NCBI GenBank assembly: GCA_012295275.1
Contig: CM022669.1
Location: 8,060,001-8,124,000, forward strand
Length of the DNA: 64,000 nt
DNA from: Chrysomallon squamiferum
Taxonomy: Eukaryota; Animalia; Mollusca
Reading direction: 5' to 3'
In this document: positions 38,325 to 64,000 of the stretch, piece after piece
Layout: every line of letters begins with the position of its first letter
Position numbering within the stretch: the first letter of the stretch is position 1
Program-made: the position numbers and the translations under genes
The notes under the pieces: generated by a model
Databases searched by the model: none
What the model was told of the DNA's origin: nothing
The model's input: the letters and a program-made list of their open reading frames with translations, nothing else

Positions 38325-40133
38325 ATTCTAATAGGTTAATGTCAATGCATTCATTTATCCAGTTTTTCAATTAACATAAACATGTACCAGATTTGATTTG
38401 TTTTCTAAGTCACACAGGAGCTGTTTATTTATTTATTTATTTATTTATTTTTTACTCACAGTTAGCACAAGAAATCCATAATGGCCTGTCTGACAGAGAA
38501 ATAATTTGTAACATTGCAGAACTTTTAAACTCTCTCCTCACAAGAACAACAACAAAGGTAAACAAATTTATAAACCTCAACTCAACTAACACAAATCTCA
38601 TGAATGATTAAACAAATGTTAACAGTTCAGTTCAAAAGTAGCTTTATTTCAAAATGTCTTAGTTATTTTTTGCAGATGTTAAATTTTGCTGTTTGTAGTC
38701 ACATACTTATTATACAGCAATAACTTAATGGTTTACGAAATAGCAGATTGTAAGATCAAAAACTCGCAGTCTGTCAATTAGATAAAATTTCCCCAAATCC
38801 AATCTATGTCACCATGATATATGTGTTAAAGATGTATAAAAGGTTGTGGTATATGTATTCCTGTGGAAAAGTATGTGTAAAAAGAATTATTATTATTATT
38901 ATTATTAATATGTTTTGTTTTATTTTTTTGACTATGGTTAGAGTAAAAAGCCTCAGATGGGCAATTAACAAGTTAATGGAGGTTGCCCGTCAGTTGAAGT
39001 CGAGGAGAGTAGCAAGCGGGGCCCTTGAACTGGAGAGTTCCGAGGTTTCCGTGGAGATGGACGACAAACAGCAGATAGAGAATCTCACGCCTAAAGATGT
39101 GCGTATTTATTTGTTTATCAAAGTCTGAAACACATTTAGAACCTAACACATCAGCAGCGAAATTCTGTGTACATTTTTTAAAAATCTTTTGTTATATTAT
39201 TGTATTTTGTGTGTTGCAGCACATGGAGATTCATGACACCATTGCTGAGTGCATGATATTTGCTAATCACTGGGTGGCCAGGAAAATTGTGGAGACCTTT
39301 CCTAACAGTGCCTTGGTAAGTATCATCTTTTGTTATTGTTATCTTAGATATCTGCAGCAGATCTTCTTAAATTATTCTGTCAAGATTTATACGTCATTTT
39401 GTTTTTGTTAACATGCCGATTTTTTTTTTTTTTTGTTCTTGTTGTTTTTCAGTTAAAAATTGAGATTTGTTTAGATGTGGTAGTTAAAAATGTTAAATTG
39501 TTGTCTTCAGTAATTTAAATTATTTTTGCTTTGAAATATAAGATAAATAAAAATAAATAAATTATTTAAGCATTTGTTGAATCGATCAAAAATATTTTGT
39601 TGGCATAAAGTTCATTTTCATTTTCTTTAATCATTATTTTATTTTTTTAAAGTAATATTTATTGATTATTTTCTTTATTGATTTTTTTTTTTTTTTTTTT
39701 ATTTCAGTTACGACATCATCCATTACCTCGTGAAGATCATTTTGACAATCTCATCAACTGTGCAGCAGCACGAGGTTTTCATATTGACATCACATCTAAC
39801 AGAGCACTGGCTCAGTCTCTTGATTTGTGTGTGGACCCCTCCGATAGTTCTGTCAACAAGGTCTTTCATCTATTTATTCAATTAATTGCTCGTTCATTTA
39901 ATCATTCATTCCTTCATTTCTTTATTTTTCATTTTTTACACCTGAGGATCCCACAGTGCAAGATATTCGTTTAGTTAGTTGATAACTTTTATTTGTTTCT
40001 TCCTATGTTTTTCTGTTAATAATAATTATAACTAAAAACAACTACAAAAAAAAAGAAGAAAAAAAGAACAGCTAATAACATTAATAACATCCACAATAAC
40101 ACTAACAGAAAAGCAACAGTAATGCGTTTAATA

Positions 40134-40167
<34 letters not shown>

Positions 40168-43100
40168 CAACAGTAACAACAACAACAACAATTTATGTTT
40201 CAGTTGCTCAGAACCCTGGCTACACAAGCAATGTCGAATGCTTCGTATTTCTCAACTGGGTCACTTCCCAGAGATCAGTTCTTCCATTACGGTTTGGCAC
40301 TTGACCTCTACACTCACTTCACATCTCCCATCAGGCGATACGCTGACATCATTGTAAGTGTCGTTTACACATCACTGTTAAACTGTGAATGTTTTTATTT
40401 CATTTTTTTTATTGTGAAAAGTCTATAGTTATGTCCCTTCGTTATGAAAACTCTATAGTTATGTCCCTTTATTATGAAAAGTCTATGGTTATGTCCCTTT
40501 ATTATGAAAAAATAGTATATAAAATTTTCATTGTAATATAAAGAAAGTATAAAAATCACCATCTGTCATAAAACTGTAAGAAATCATCTCCCTTGGTTAT
40601 AACACAGTACGAAATCATCACCCTTTTTCATAACACTGTAAGTAATAGTGTCCCTTTAGATTTGAAGTGTAAATATAGTTATTTCCCTTTATCATTAAAT
40701 GTTTAATCAGTTTGCCTCAAAATTAAATTAAAGTGAAGGATGGTATTTAGTTAATAATTAAAAATGTTGTTTATTTTTTAATATTTGTTTTTTTAAATAG
40801 GTTCATCGACAGTTGCTAGCTGCTATACAAATAGAAGAAAGCACCGAGTTGCCTAGCAACAAAGAAGTAAACGAGATTAGTGCCCATATTAATAAGAAAC
40901 ATCGAGTAAGTTATTACTTTCTGTATTTTATGTCAACATAATGTAACAGTATTTACTAACTTCAGTAGAAAATAAAGAAAAAAAAAAAATAAAAAAATAA
41001 AAATGAGTAAATTAACAGAAAAAACTTTTTTAAAATGGCTGAATCAATCCATGTCATTGAACTGATTCTCATTTTACCCAATTTTCCAGCTTGGTGTTTT
41101 AAAAGACTAGTAAGTACTATCCCATCAGAATCTATAAAATATATTGAACTTCAGATGGATATAAATAAACAATGATAGTCTGGCTTTTGTTTTTCATATG
41201 ATCATCAGTCAAGACAAAAATATGAAGAAAAAAAATGCTAGCATTAAAATATATTCACATATATCATTTAACCCTTTATACAGGCATTTTATGAAATTGT
41301 GTGATTAAAATAAAAATAATAATATTTATTAAAAAAACCAAAAACATTATGGTGTTTTACAGGCAGCACAGAACGCACAGCGAGATTCACAAGAACTTTT
41401 CCAGTCTCTGTTTTTCCGCAACAAGTCACCAGATGATGAGTGCTGCGTAGTGGATGCTGTTGTCTTTCAGTTGAGAACAAATGGAGTACTCGTCTTTATT
41501 CCAAGGTAACGAAAAAATAATAATAATAATAATAATAATATGAATGAAAACAAAAATTTTACAAATAAAATAATACAATATTTTAATAGGAAACAGTGAT
41601 TCTAAAATTCATCCAAAGAAACTTTGTTGCTTATAATGATTTAAATAGCTCTTGTTAAAATGGGAAATTGTTTGTTCACTGCACTGAATGGAATATTAGT
41701 ATATAGATTACTTGTAATAAAACATGATTCATTATGATAAAAACATATTTTATTTTTATAAATTTCAGACAATCTGAGAGCGTTAAAATTTTATAATAAC
41801 AACAAGAAACAAACAAAAAATAAAATAAATAAATAAAATAACAAATTAACAGCAGATAGATTTGTTTTTGCTATGATGTGTTTTAATATTGTGACATTTT
41901 TAGGGCCCAGTTTGCTGAGAAACAAAATTATTTGTTTTGGAGCAAGATAAACAGTGAAAATAACACCTCTACAGTAAGTGAGTCAGTTTATGTTTATTTT
42001 GTTTTTCAGGTACGGTGTGAAAGGACCTGTGTACCTGAGAAGCAAGGAAGGCCTTGTCGTCTTCTTAGTAGATGACCATTCAGCAGTGTGGACTGCTGGG
42101 CAGCTGACCAAAAGTGACCAGGACATCACAGTGACCTGTCAGTACGGGTCACATTCATACAGCCTGTTTGATCACATTACTGTGAGTGGACACAACATTC
42201 AACTGTTACTGTTTGATTGTCAACATCTTATAAATAATAATTTGTGCAAAATGTTGTCCTTACTTTGTTACGTTTTTCAGTTTATTTTTATTATTATTTA
42301 ATAGTAGTATTGATAACAGCACTTACACTAATAGTAATAATATCTGAAGGTGGAGGAGCAGTTATAGTAGTCTTAAAGAATATTTCTTGTAGAAACACAT
42401 TATAGTGGTGGTAGATGTAGTAGTAATTGTGGAGGTAGTGCCAATACATCAGCAGTAATAGTAGTTAATTAGTATTTTCTTTTTATTATTTTATTTTATA
42501 TATATATGTATATATATATTATTTTATTATTATTATTATTATTGTTATTATTTTATTATTATTTTAACCATGTATTTTTAAAATGGCATGTAATGAAAAC
42601 AATAATTAAATAAAACATGTTGCACTGAATGTGGCATTGTTTTTAAATTTATTAAAATTTCAGGTGAGAATATCAGAGTTGACATCAAGGTCTCACTCGT
42701 CAACTTTGAGATTTGAGTTGATTTCAAACGAGCCTCATTTTGAACTGACTTCTCAGTCGCAGCCTACGGATAAATCTAGCAAAACAGACATAATAACTGT
42801 AAATATTTTTTCTTATCTTTTCACTGTTACTTTGATGTTCAGTTATTATTGAAAATGGGAATTAAAAAACTAGTTTCATTTATTATTCTATATAAGAAGT
42901 TAGTATTAATGATTTCTTTTGTACAGATTATTTGTATAGGTTTATATTTGTATGTATGTGTCTAATTATATAAACTTTTATTATATCAGCTTATATATTT
43001 TATATACATCTGCATAGTCCCAGCCAGAGTGCTGTGTTTCAGTTTTGTCATTTTAATTTTAAATTAATAAAAAATCATTCTGCTTCAAAGATATTCTTTG

Positions 43101-43356
43101 TTTCACAGTTATCTGTCTGTTCAATAAAACACTAAAAAAAATTTTAATTGTATTTAAAGATCTAATTTTTTTTTTTTTTTTCTCTCTCTTACAGGAAGTC
43201 AGAACAGCAGCTCAGGAAAAGCAATTAGAATTACCTGACTTTGATCTGGGACCAAAATTTCCTTCACTTAAAGCAGAGTATGGCCAGACTGCAGAAGCAC
43301 TGAGCATGTACTCTGTGTTTGAGTCATTTAAAGACATGGGATTAACCACAACTTGA
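31045..43356 (+). CDS. DIS3L: DIS3-like exonuclease 1 (cytoplasmic exosome RNase II/R family); as assembled it has one unrecoverable exon and one apparent frameshift
   Basis: Exons 31045-31195, 31456-31589, 32137-32288, 32736-32817, 33336-33477, 33875-34004, 34272-34429, 34654-34781, 35283-35395, [scrambled ~36040-36380], 36844-36992, 37351-37542, 38036-38138, 38462-38557, 38942-39098, 39220-39315, 39708-39860, 40204-40353, 40801-40905, 41363-41505, 42010-42181, 42664-42798, 43195-43356. Motifs: [54 protein letters not shown] (RNB catalytic Asp cluster intact), [32 protein letters not shown]. The degenerate PIN site and [10 protein letters not shown] are DIS3L-type rather than DIS3-type. Confidence 0.92.
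35885..36380 (+). repeat. 76-bp tandem repeat containing the 3' end and donor of a DIS3L exon
   Basis: Near-perfect copies start at 36158, 36234 and 36310 (GATAGACACATTTCTCACCTTTTTATAGATAATCAGGTAGTTATGTCCCACCCTTCACAGACAGTCAGGTGAGTTT), with degenerate copies upstream to ~35885. Confidence 0.92.
37606..37875. repeat. 16-bp minisatellite (GGTACAAATCAAGTAT)n, ~16 copies, DIS3L intron
   Basis: Tandem array seen directly. Confidence 0.93.
40411..40510. repeat. 30-bp tandem repeat, ~3.3 copies, DIS3L intron
   Basis: Unit ATTATGAAAAGTCTATAGTTATGTCCCTTT. Confidence 0.9.
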
Positions 43357-46300
43357 TCTCTTTTAAACACATAGGATACTTGTTTTCACTCCTATGTTAA
43401 AATTAGTTGTAACAAGCAACATAATCACAACTGATTAACATAACCTGTTGACTTTTAAACATACAATTAAACACATTTTCAAATGTTTGGGCAGCAAAAC
43501 TGTGTTAAAACTATGAGAAAGATCATGGTGCAGCATGTCACTGATTTATATTTTTCAAATGTGTCATTATATTTTTATATACAAAAACCATAAATATTAA
43601 TTTAAAAAAAAGAAGCATTAATTTATTTTATTCATTGACAAAGATTATGATCAGAAACATTTTTTAAAACATATTAAATATTTGTTAGGTTTGTATTTTT
43701 CTAATATTTATACACATTTTAATTATATTGTTTTTCTTTATTGAAAATAGTAACTGGATGTTTTGTTTTTCTTTTAAATAAATCTTATTTAAAATATGTG
43801 AATATTTATTATTTTTCTGTATTGTAATAGGAGATTGACAATATTTTTGTTGAAGAATTTTGTTCAATGTACCGAACATCTGTATAATTGTACCTCCAAA
43901 AGAACCCTTCCTGTTACAGCATGTGCAACCATTGAAAAAATGGACATGAAGTTTAATTTTGTATTTTGTTACTGCAAGAATTGTCTGACATATAAAGACA
44001 GTTTATGTTAAATAAATATTCACCATTTCTAGAGAGTATAATCTCTCTAAAACACTGTAAACCAACATAATTCAATAGAGCAGCATACGACAAGTAAAAC
44101 ACCGAAGATGAATTTGAACACAGACAGAAAATAATGCCATATGGTCTTAAAACACATCCACTGACAAAACAAACCAGCAGCCTGGATTAAACAAATGTAA
44201 AACAGAATAAAATAGAAATGTAACAAAGGTGGAAATGGCAATATCTTGAGTATGTAATTTTAGCACAGTAAAGAGAACATACCAAGGCTGGTTTTGTTTC
44301 TAAAATCATTCTCGATTGTTACCTGTGAATACAAAAATGAGTCAACTTAGATCATTTTACTATGCATGCTTTCAACATAAAGTTAACATAGAAAAAAAAA
44401 AAAAAAAACTAAAACAGTTTATTAGTGTTTTATTCACTGGTCTTTGTAGATCACATTAAAAGAAATTAATACTTCTAAATACTTCACAATATATGAAATG
44501 ATATTATTATTATTATTACATATACCACATAGTTTATCACGTTAATTAACTACTTTAGATTTTGCATCTTTGTTGATTGTTGCTAGCCAGAACACAGAAT
44601 TATGGCAATATATATGAATTCTAAAATAAAAAATAAAATGAACTTCATTATGATTTTAATATTGTATTTTAACTAAATGCTACTGGCAAAGAAAAGAAAA
44701 TAATTATGCTATTTTCTTCAATAAATCTTTTATATATTCATGTTTACATGAACCTTAATAAATATGTTAAGCTTACAAATTTTAATACTGCAGTGAACTC
44801 CTAAAACTGCATTGTCTTTCACAATTAAAATGACTGAAACTATGGCAGTAATTACAGGTGTGCAGTAATATAGTGGAATATAAAAATGGAAGACTAGTGG
44901 AGGTGTTCTCAAATAATTCTGTTTTACACACAAACGCTCACACAGATACACACACGTACACACACATTCTCCAAGATGCAAGAGTTTTTGACATTTGCAA
45001 CATAGAAAAATAAAAAAATGTATAATAATACAATAATAAAAAATTAAAAAGTTTCTTTTAACATATTTCAATGCACAGCATTATTCTGACTGTTAATAAA
45101 ATTATAAATCTAAATATTATTAGAAAAGACAAAACTAAGAAACAGTACAAAAACATTTTCACAACTAACAATACAACACAACACAACTCAAAAATCCATC
45201 ATATGATAAAGTAAATAATGTAGCGCTTGATAAAATGAATATTTTTAATTTAAAAGAAAAATAATTATTAAAAAAATATTTTTAAAAATTAAAACCAGTA
45301 GAAAACAACACCTTCCTTAACCGATAAAAAAAATATATATAAAAAAAGATTAAATAACCATTGTACTATTACTACTAATAGTACTACTATTCCTGCTACT
45401 ACTACTACTGCTACTAATAATGATAACCATGGCAATAGTAATAATAACAACAACAATAAAGCTTACAAAGAAATAAAAAAATATGTAATTTTAAAAAACA
45501 ACAACAAAAAACATAAGAAGCTAATACAATGAAATCTAAAGAAACAGAAAAAATATCATTATGTAGCATTTTAAATTGTTGCTGGTTTATGGAATGCATA
45601 TGAATTTAGTAAATATAATGCTAAGCCAGTAAAATATTTAATTAAAATGTGATTTAGCATTATTGAAAATAAAAACTTGAAAAGGAAATGATAAAGTCAC
45701 AACAGAGAAACAAATAATTCAGTGTCTATGTAGTAACCAAAATATTACATAGCTTGACTCAAACATGAAAAAACAGTAACAATACTTACATCACTAGAAG
45801 AATAAAAATGAAACACAAGACGTGATGGAGTATTTTTCACAACAAACTAGTTTCCCCTAATTCTATCTCACTCCTAACTGGTGTAAAAACTGATTCAAGT
45901 GAAACATTTAAAAAAAAAAAAACTATCAAAATAACCAACTGATTTAAACAACACAAAAAATCACATTAGCACCAGACCCACAATGTTTTCTTTTTTTTCT
46001 TTTCGTCAAAAATACAAATATACAAAAGACATTTTAAAAATCTGTTATTATATACAGGTTTCTGTCTAACCAAAACATCTAAATAATATAATTTATCAAA
46101 AAATGACTGTTTATGAAAAAATAATGATACAGTGATTGCACCCACTAACAAACTGAGCAGAAACTGAGTAAATATTTCATAATTCTCATACATTTACATA
46201 ATAACAAAAATTAGAAAAAAAAAAAATGTATAAATTAAAAATCAGGCAAAAAAACGAACAAAAAACACCATTTCACCAAGCCAATTTTCAGTCTGAAGAA

Positions 46301-46698
46301 TATAAATAATCTTGGTCTGTTTTGGCACACAATTTTAGAACTGATATATTTCACTTCTTCCTGAATATCAACAACAAATAATATTGAGGAACCAGGCAAG
46401 ATGGAGAGATTTGGCATATTAAAAAGCTAGCCAGTCACATAAGGCAAACCCACATCTAGAATTCCATCTAGGTTCTAGTAGCACCACTTATTACATATAC
46501 AAAATACTGCAAGCAATATAAAAATAATTATTTCCTAATTCTTCTCAAGTTGAAGAAATTAATTTTATTTATATTATACTATTTTTGCAATTCAAAATTT
46601 AAATTAATAATTATTCAGATATAAAAGATTTTATATAAAAAATGATTTCCACATGATGATGATGATACTATACTAAATTTTTTTTAAAATTATTTCAG

Positions 46699-46767
46699 GC
46701 ACTGGAGTAAATTACAAGCTAAACATTAAAACACTAATAGTTATCTGTGTAAAGATTCTAGAAAAAG
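46699..46767. repeat. ~68-bp dispersed repeat, second copy at ~55450-55517
   Basis: GCACTGGAGTAAATTACAAG...AGTTATsTGTGTAAAkATTCTAGAAAAA occurs in the same orientation at both sites. Confidence 0.8.
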
Positions 46768-47055
46768 GACACTTATATACTGATCACCTTGATTCCATTC
46801 ACAATTATGTTAGATTTGTCTAAGATAAGAAAAATATGTAAAAACAGCAAATCCAGAAAATATCACTCCTATGTCATTTTAAGGTAAAGATGTAATTTTT
46901 AAGGAATGTTTTAAAATTCATAATAAAATATTTAAAAATTTGTATAATTATATATAATCTTTTAGGTTTATTGTTAGCAATAAGATGAATTTTATGTTCA
47001 TCAATATAATAATAATAATAATAATGACAACAACAACAGAATTTAATATCATTGC

Positions 47056-47133
47056 AAAAAAGAAAAAGAAAAAGAAAAAGAAAAAAGAAAAAGAAAAAAA
47101 GAAAAAGAAAAAGAAAAAGAAAAAAAGAAAAAA
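47056..47133. repeat. (AAAAAG)n hexanucleotide repeat
   Basis: Seen directly; gives spurious poly-K/poly-F ORFs. Confidence 0.95.
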
Positions 47134-47546
47134 GGAATATTTATCAGTCATTACTGAAATGAAGAAGAAACCAGATTTTGAAAGTACTGGCATTATTCTC
47201 AATATGATTTAAAAAAAAAAAATGAACCTGTATTTTTCACTAAACTCAGTTTAGCTAGACTGAGAGTTAAATGAACTGTTAAAACAAAATCTAAACACAT
47301 CAGACACTTCAGTATCACAAGTCAATTACAGTGAGTAAGCTGGTATTATTTCTTCTCGACAATACAATGTATCCGAGTTAAAATCACACATTCAGATAAC
47401 TCAAGGTTTTATTTGATTGAGCAAGCATGTTTTATTAGGCACTTCAAAATATGTTTAACTGAAATATCTTTGTAAGACACTTTCCATTAAGAAAATTTAC
47501 ATGTACACATCCTTATTTCCTGCCTTTTCCATGATATTTATTATTA

Positions 47547-47879
47547 CAGGATGTGGATTACTTGTCCAAAATTCTGAAATTCGAAAAGCTCTGAAATCCC
47601 AAAACTTTTGCACAAGCAGCAGAAAGAACAATATGTGACTGTTTTCAGATTGTTTGAACACACAAATCTTATCTTATTTTATACATACAGTTATTAAAAT
47701 TATTATATAAAAAAAAATCCGGCAGATTATTTGTACAAGCTTTATATGAAATATAAATAGAATTCATGTTTAGATTTGGATCCTATATTCAGGTATAATA
47801 CTTATATTTCAAAATCTAAAACATTTTGAAATCTGTGACATTTCCAGTTAAAAATTTCAAATAAGGTATTCTCAACCTG
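47547..47879. mobile_element. 333-bp Tigger4/Zombi-like (pogo family) MITE with TA target-site duplication
   Basis: Left end TA|CAGGATGTGGATTACTTGTCCAAAAT. The reverse complement of the right end is TA|CAGGTTGAGAATACCTTATTTGAAAT. Degenerate TIRs, TA on both flanks, and subterminal xGAAAT repeats like those of Zombi/MER46 elements (family recalled, not searched). Confidence 0.7.
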
Positions 47880-48568
47880 TATTGTCTTTTATAGAGAAAG
47901 AAAGGATATATGTTGCTGTAGTAAGTTTAAGTTTTGCCATTTCTTCTAAAACTATCCCATAATTTAGCAAATACTGAAATTATTCATCTTATTTTAAAGA
48001 GCTGCACACAGTTCTTACAAACATTTTTTGTTGTAGCTTCTTAACTTTTTTTTTTTCAAATTACTGAATAAAAAAATGTAAAAAACTCAGTTTTATAACA
48101 ATGATTGGATATATGAACTTTTTTTTTTTATAATTTGTACGAAGTATATCTCCAATACTCTTGATTTCTCAGAATATATATTTAATATGCACTGTGTAAC
48201 ACAGTTTAGATAATAAATTATACCTATACTTCAAATCTTCTACATGCACATATTAGAATATTTTCATAAATCATATTTTAAATTTTTTAGTATAATTTCA
48301 TTTTAAGATATTTTACTTTTAGTAAAAACAAACAAGACTATATTAAAGTAAACAGTTATATATTAAATAATATTAAATACTGATTATTTTGTATGGTCAG
48401 TTAAAATATACTGTTATCTTGTTTATGTATTTACAGTTTTCAGTTTATTTATTTAATAAGTATTCATAAATACTTCTAAATATTAGTCAGCAGTAAACAG
48501 TTTTCTGCAGATTGTCTCCCTTAGACTCAGCCTTTGGTGTATATTTTTATAAACACCTGTTATAAACC

Positions 48569-61824
<13,256 letters not shown>

Positions 61825-63360
61825 CTAAATTTAAACAAAGACTGCAAAATTATGAAAAAATAAAATGTTGTATCAAATTTGTTTTATTATTATTTGTTTT
61901 TAAATAAATAAATGTAAGTAAATAAATAGATAATAGGAATAATAAAATAATAAAAATATAATTAAAAACTAGAAAGACAGCACCAAACAACAACAATAAC
62001 AAACCCATACAAATATATCTAAATACATTCTTTTCCCTTTTCTTAAAAAAATAAAGACATTTTTCTTTCTCTCTATCTTTATTGTTTTCACGAAGGCAGT
62101 AAATCAGTATTTATATAAACACTAGTGAAAAGACAGCAATAAAAACATTACCCATACCTAACAATACTAACACATTAATATTTTTTTTTTTAATACCAAA
62201 TCACTATATATGCAAATTAGATAGACACAGAGGTAACAGCATTTGTTTTACCAGACACACAAACACACACAGAGTTAACATTAAGCAATAAACTATACAT
62301 CTGATATCATTCAAATGCAAGGCAAAGTGAATGCTTTATGACTGAAACAGATGTATTTTTTACATGTTAATCTGACAATTAGAGGAGAGAATTTTTATTT
62401 ATCTTACACCTTTTGTGGGGTTTTTTTTATATTATAATTCCTTTCTTTCATTATTTTATTTAACTTTACAAACATAATTATTATATTTTTAAATCATCTG
62501 AAATAATAAATCAACTTTATTATTATTTCTTTTTATAATATATTTTTATAAATTTACATTTTTTTGCATTTTTTTTTTTAAAAATTCCTGTTAAAGCAGG
62601 TGCAACAAGGTGACCATGATATACAGTTTCGTAAACGAATCACTGTAATATATATACATGTATGTCACAGCAAATCTTAGTCACATATCACTCAGTAACA
62701 GTGTATTCAACTTTAATAATATATCTTCTTTTTAGAGAGTTTAGAGGGGTGGGATAAGTTGGATTATAACAAAATTGTCCTTTCTTAAAGCACATTATTA
62801 TTATTATTGTTGTTGTTGTTGTTGTTATATTAACAGTATAAATAGTAGTAGTAGAAGTACTAGTAGCAGCAGTAGTTGTAATACTTAGGAGCAGTAGTAA
62901 TAGTAATAGTAATGGTAGTAATTAGTAATACTAGCAATAGTAACAGTAATAGCAGAAACCATAGTAACAGCAATAGTAGCAGAATAATAGGAGAGGTAGT
63001 AGTGAAATAGAAAGTTAAATATGCCATCAACAAATACACATCATGTTACAGATAAACATAGAATTACATCAGATTAGTTATTGCTCAGGCCACATACACA
63101 CTATTTTACCTGGTTTACTGGTAAACTACAAATAAAAATTACTAAACTTTGTTTTAATCTGACAATGAATATTTATTCACATTACCTTACTGAATCAGTT
63201 TAAAGTAAACTTATTTAATGATGAACATAAGACATTGTTTTAATAAAAAAAATGTACATGATACATATATATATATACCACACACATATATATTACATAC
63301 AGATAATGCAGATAACAACTGAAGAAACTAGCTGGTATATGACAAGCTATATGTTTTTCA

Positions 63361-63535
63361 TTAGCTGGAAGGGATCATTTGAATAGTGCCTTCCCATAGA
63401 CAGCAAAACACATAAAACAGCCTCTGATATAAGCAGAATGTATTGTTTGGGTCATGACATAACAATGAGATTCTACAACCAGTACTGATCTGGACCTCCA
63501 TTAATACGCACACAACTTCTCTAACCACTGAACTA
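63361..63535 (-). mobile_element. Degenerate tRNA-derived SINE-like element (minus orientation)
   Basis: Core TTAGCTGGAAGGGATCATTTGAATAGTGCCTTCCCATAGACAGCAAAACACATA is shared with 51733-51786. It ends in CTCTAACCACTGAACTA, whose reverse complement TAGTTCAGTGGTTAGAG resembles a pol III A-box. Confidence 0.5.
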
Positions 63536-63944
63536 AAGTTTATCTGGGTTTTTTTTTTTTTCAGTCTGTAATCAAATCTATCAAAACCCAGACATTTGTT
63601 CTAACTACTGAATTAAAGCCTAGTTTTTTTTTTTTGTTTTTTTTTTTTAGTTTGTAATAAAATCTATTAAGTCTCCAGATATCTGTTCTAACTACTGAAC
63701 TAATAAAGCCTATCATTTACACCTGTAATATATGTGTGACGTAACACTCAGGTGTAATTGTCAGCTAGTCAGGCTGGCAGTATCTGGTATGCACAGTCAC
63801 ACAAAGTCATTTGAATATATACAAATCTACCACAGAAAATAAAGTGATAGTAACATATCTGTATTCATATACATGTTGTTGTTTTTTTGTTGTTTTTTTG
63901 GACTGTTTATAATATTATAAATTTAAAAAAATTGTTGAGGGTTC

Positions 63945-63960
63945 ATGTATTTGTGTTTGT

Positions 63961-64000
<40 letters not shown>
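63945..64000. repeat. (TG)n microsatellite
   Basis: Seen directly at the window edge. Confidence 0.95.

Noticed and set aside
46948-47212. Poly-Lys/poly-Phe ORFs
   Set aside because: They derive from the (AAAAAG)n repeat.

Overview
AT-rich, microsatellite-rich, intron-rich animal genomic DNA. An invertebrate, possibly a gastropod mollusc, is inferred from repeat content. Five spliced protein-coding genes were rebuilt by hand from splice sites and phases. (1) The 5' half of POLE (minus strand, 22 exons, runs off the left edge). (2) An FKBP8/FKBP38 orthologue with a greatly expanded repetitive acidic N-terminus (minus). (3) A two-exon class A GPCR with several altered activation motifs, including a natural Lys at sodium-pocket position 3.39 (plus). 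(4) DIS3L (plus), with one scrambled, repeat-replaced exon and one apparent 1-nt frameshift. (5) An ABCC4/MRP4-like transporter (minus; first coding exon not found, probably beyond the right edge). Also present: two pogo/Tigger-type MITE-like elements, degenerate SINE-like fragments, minisatellites, probable GC-AG introns, an E2F site at POLE and two perfect CRE palindromes upstream of the GPCR. No prokaryotic-type systems, rRNA or intact tRNA genes were seen.
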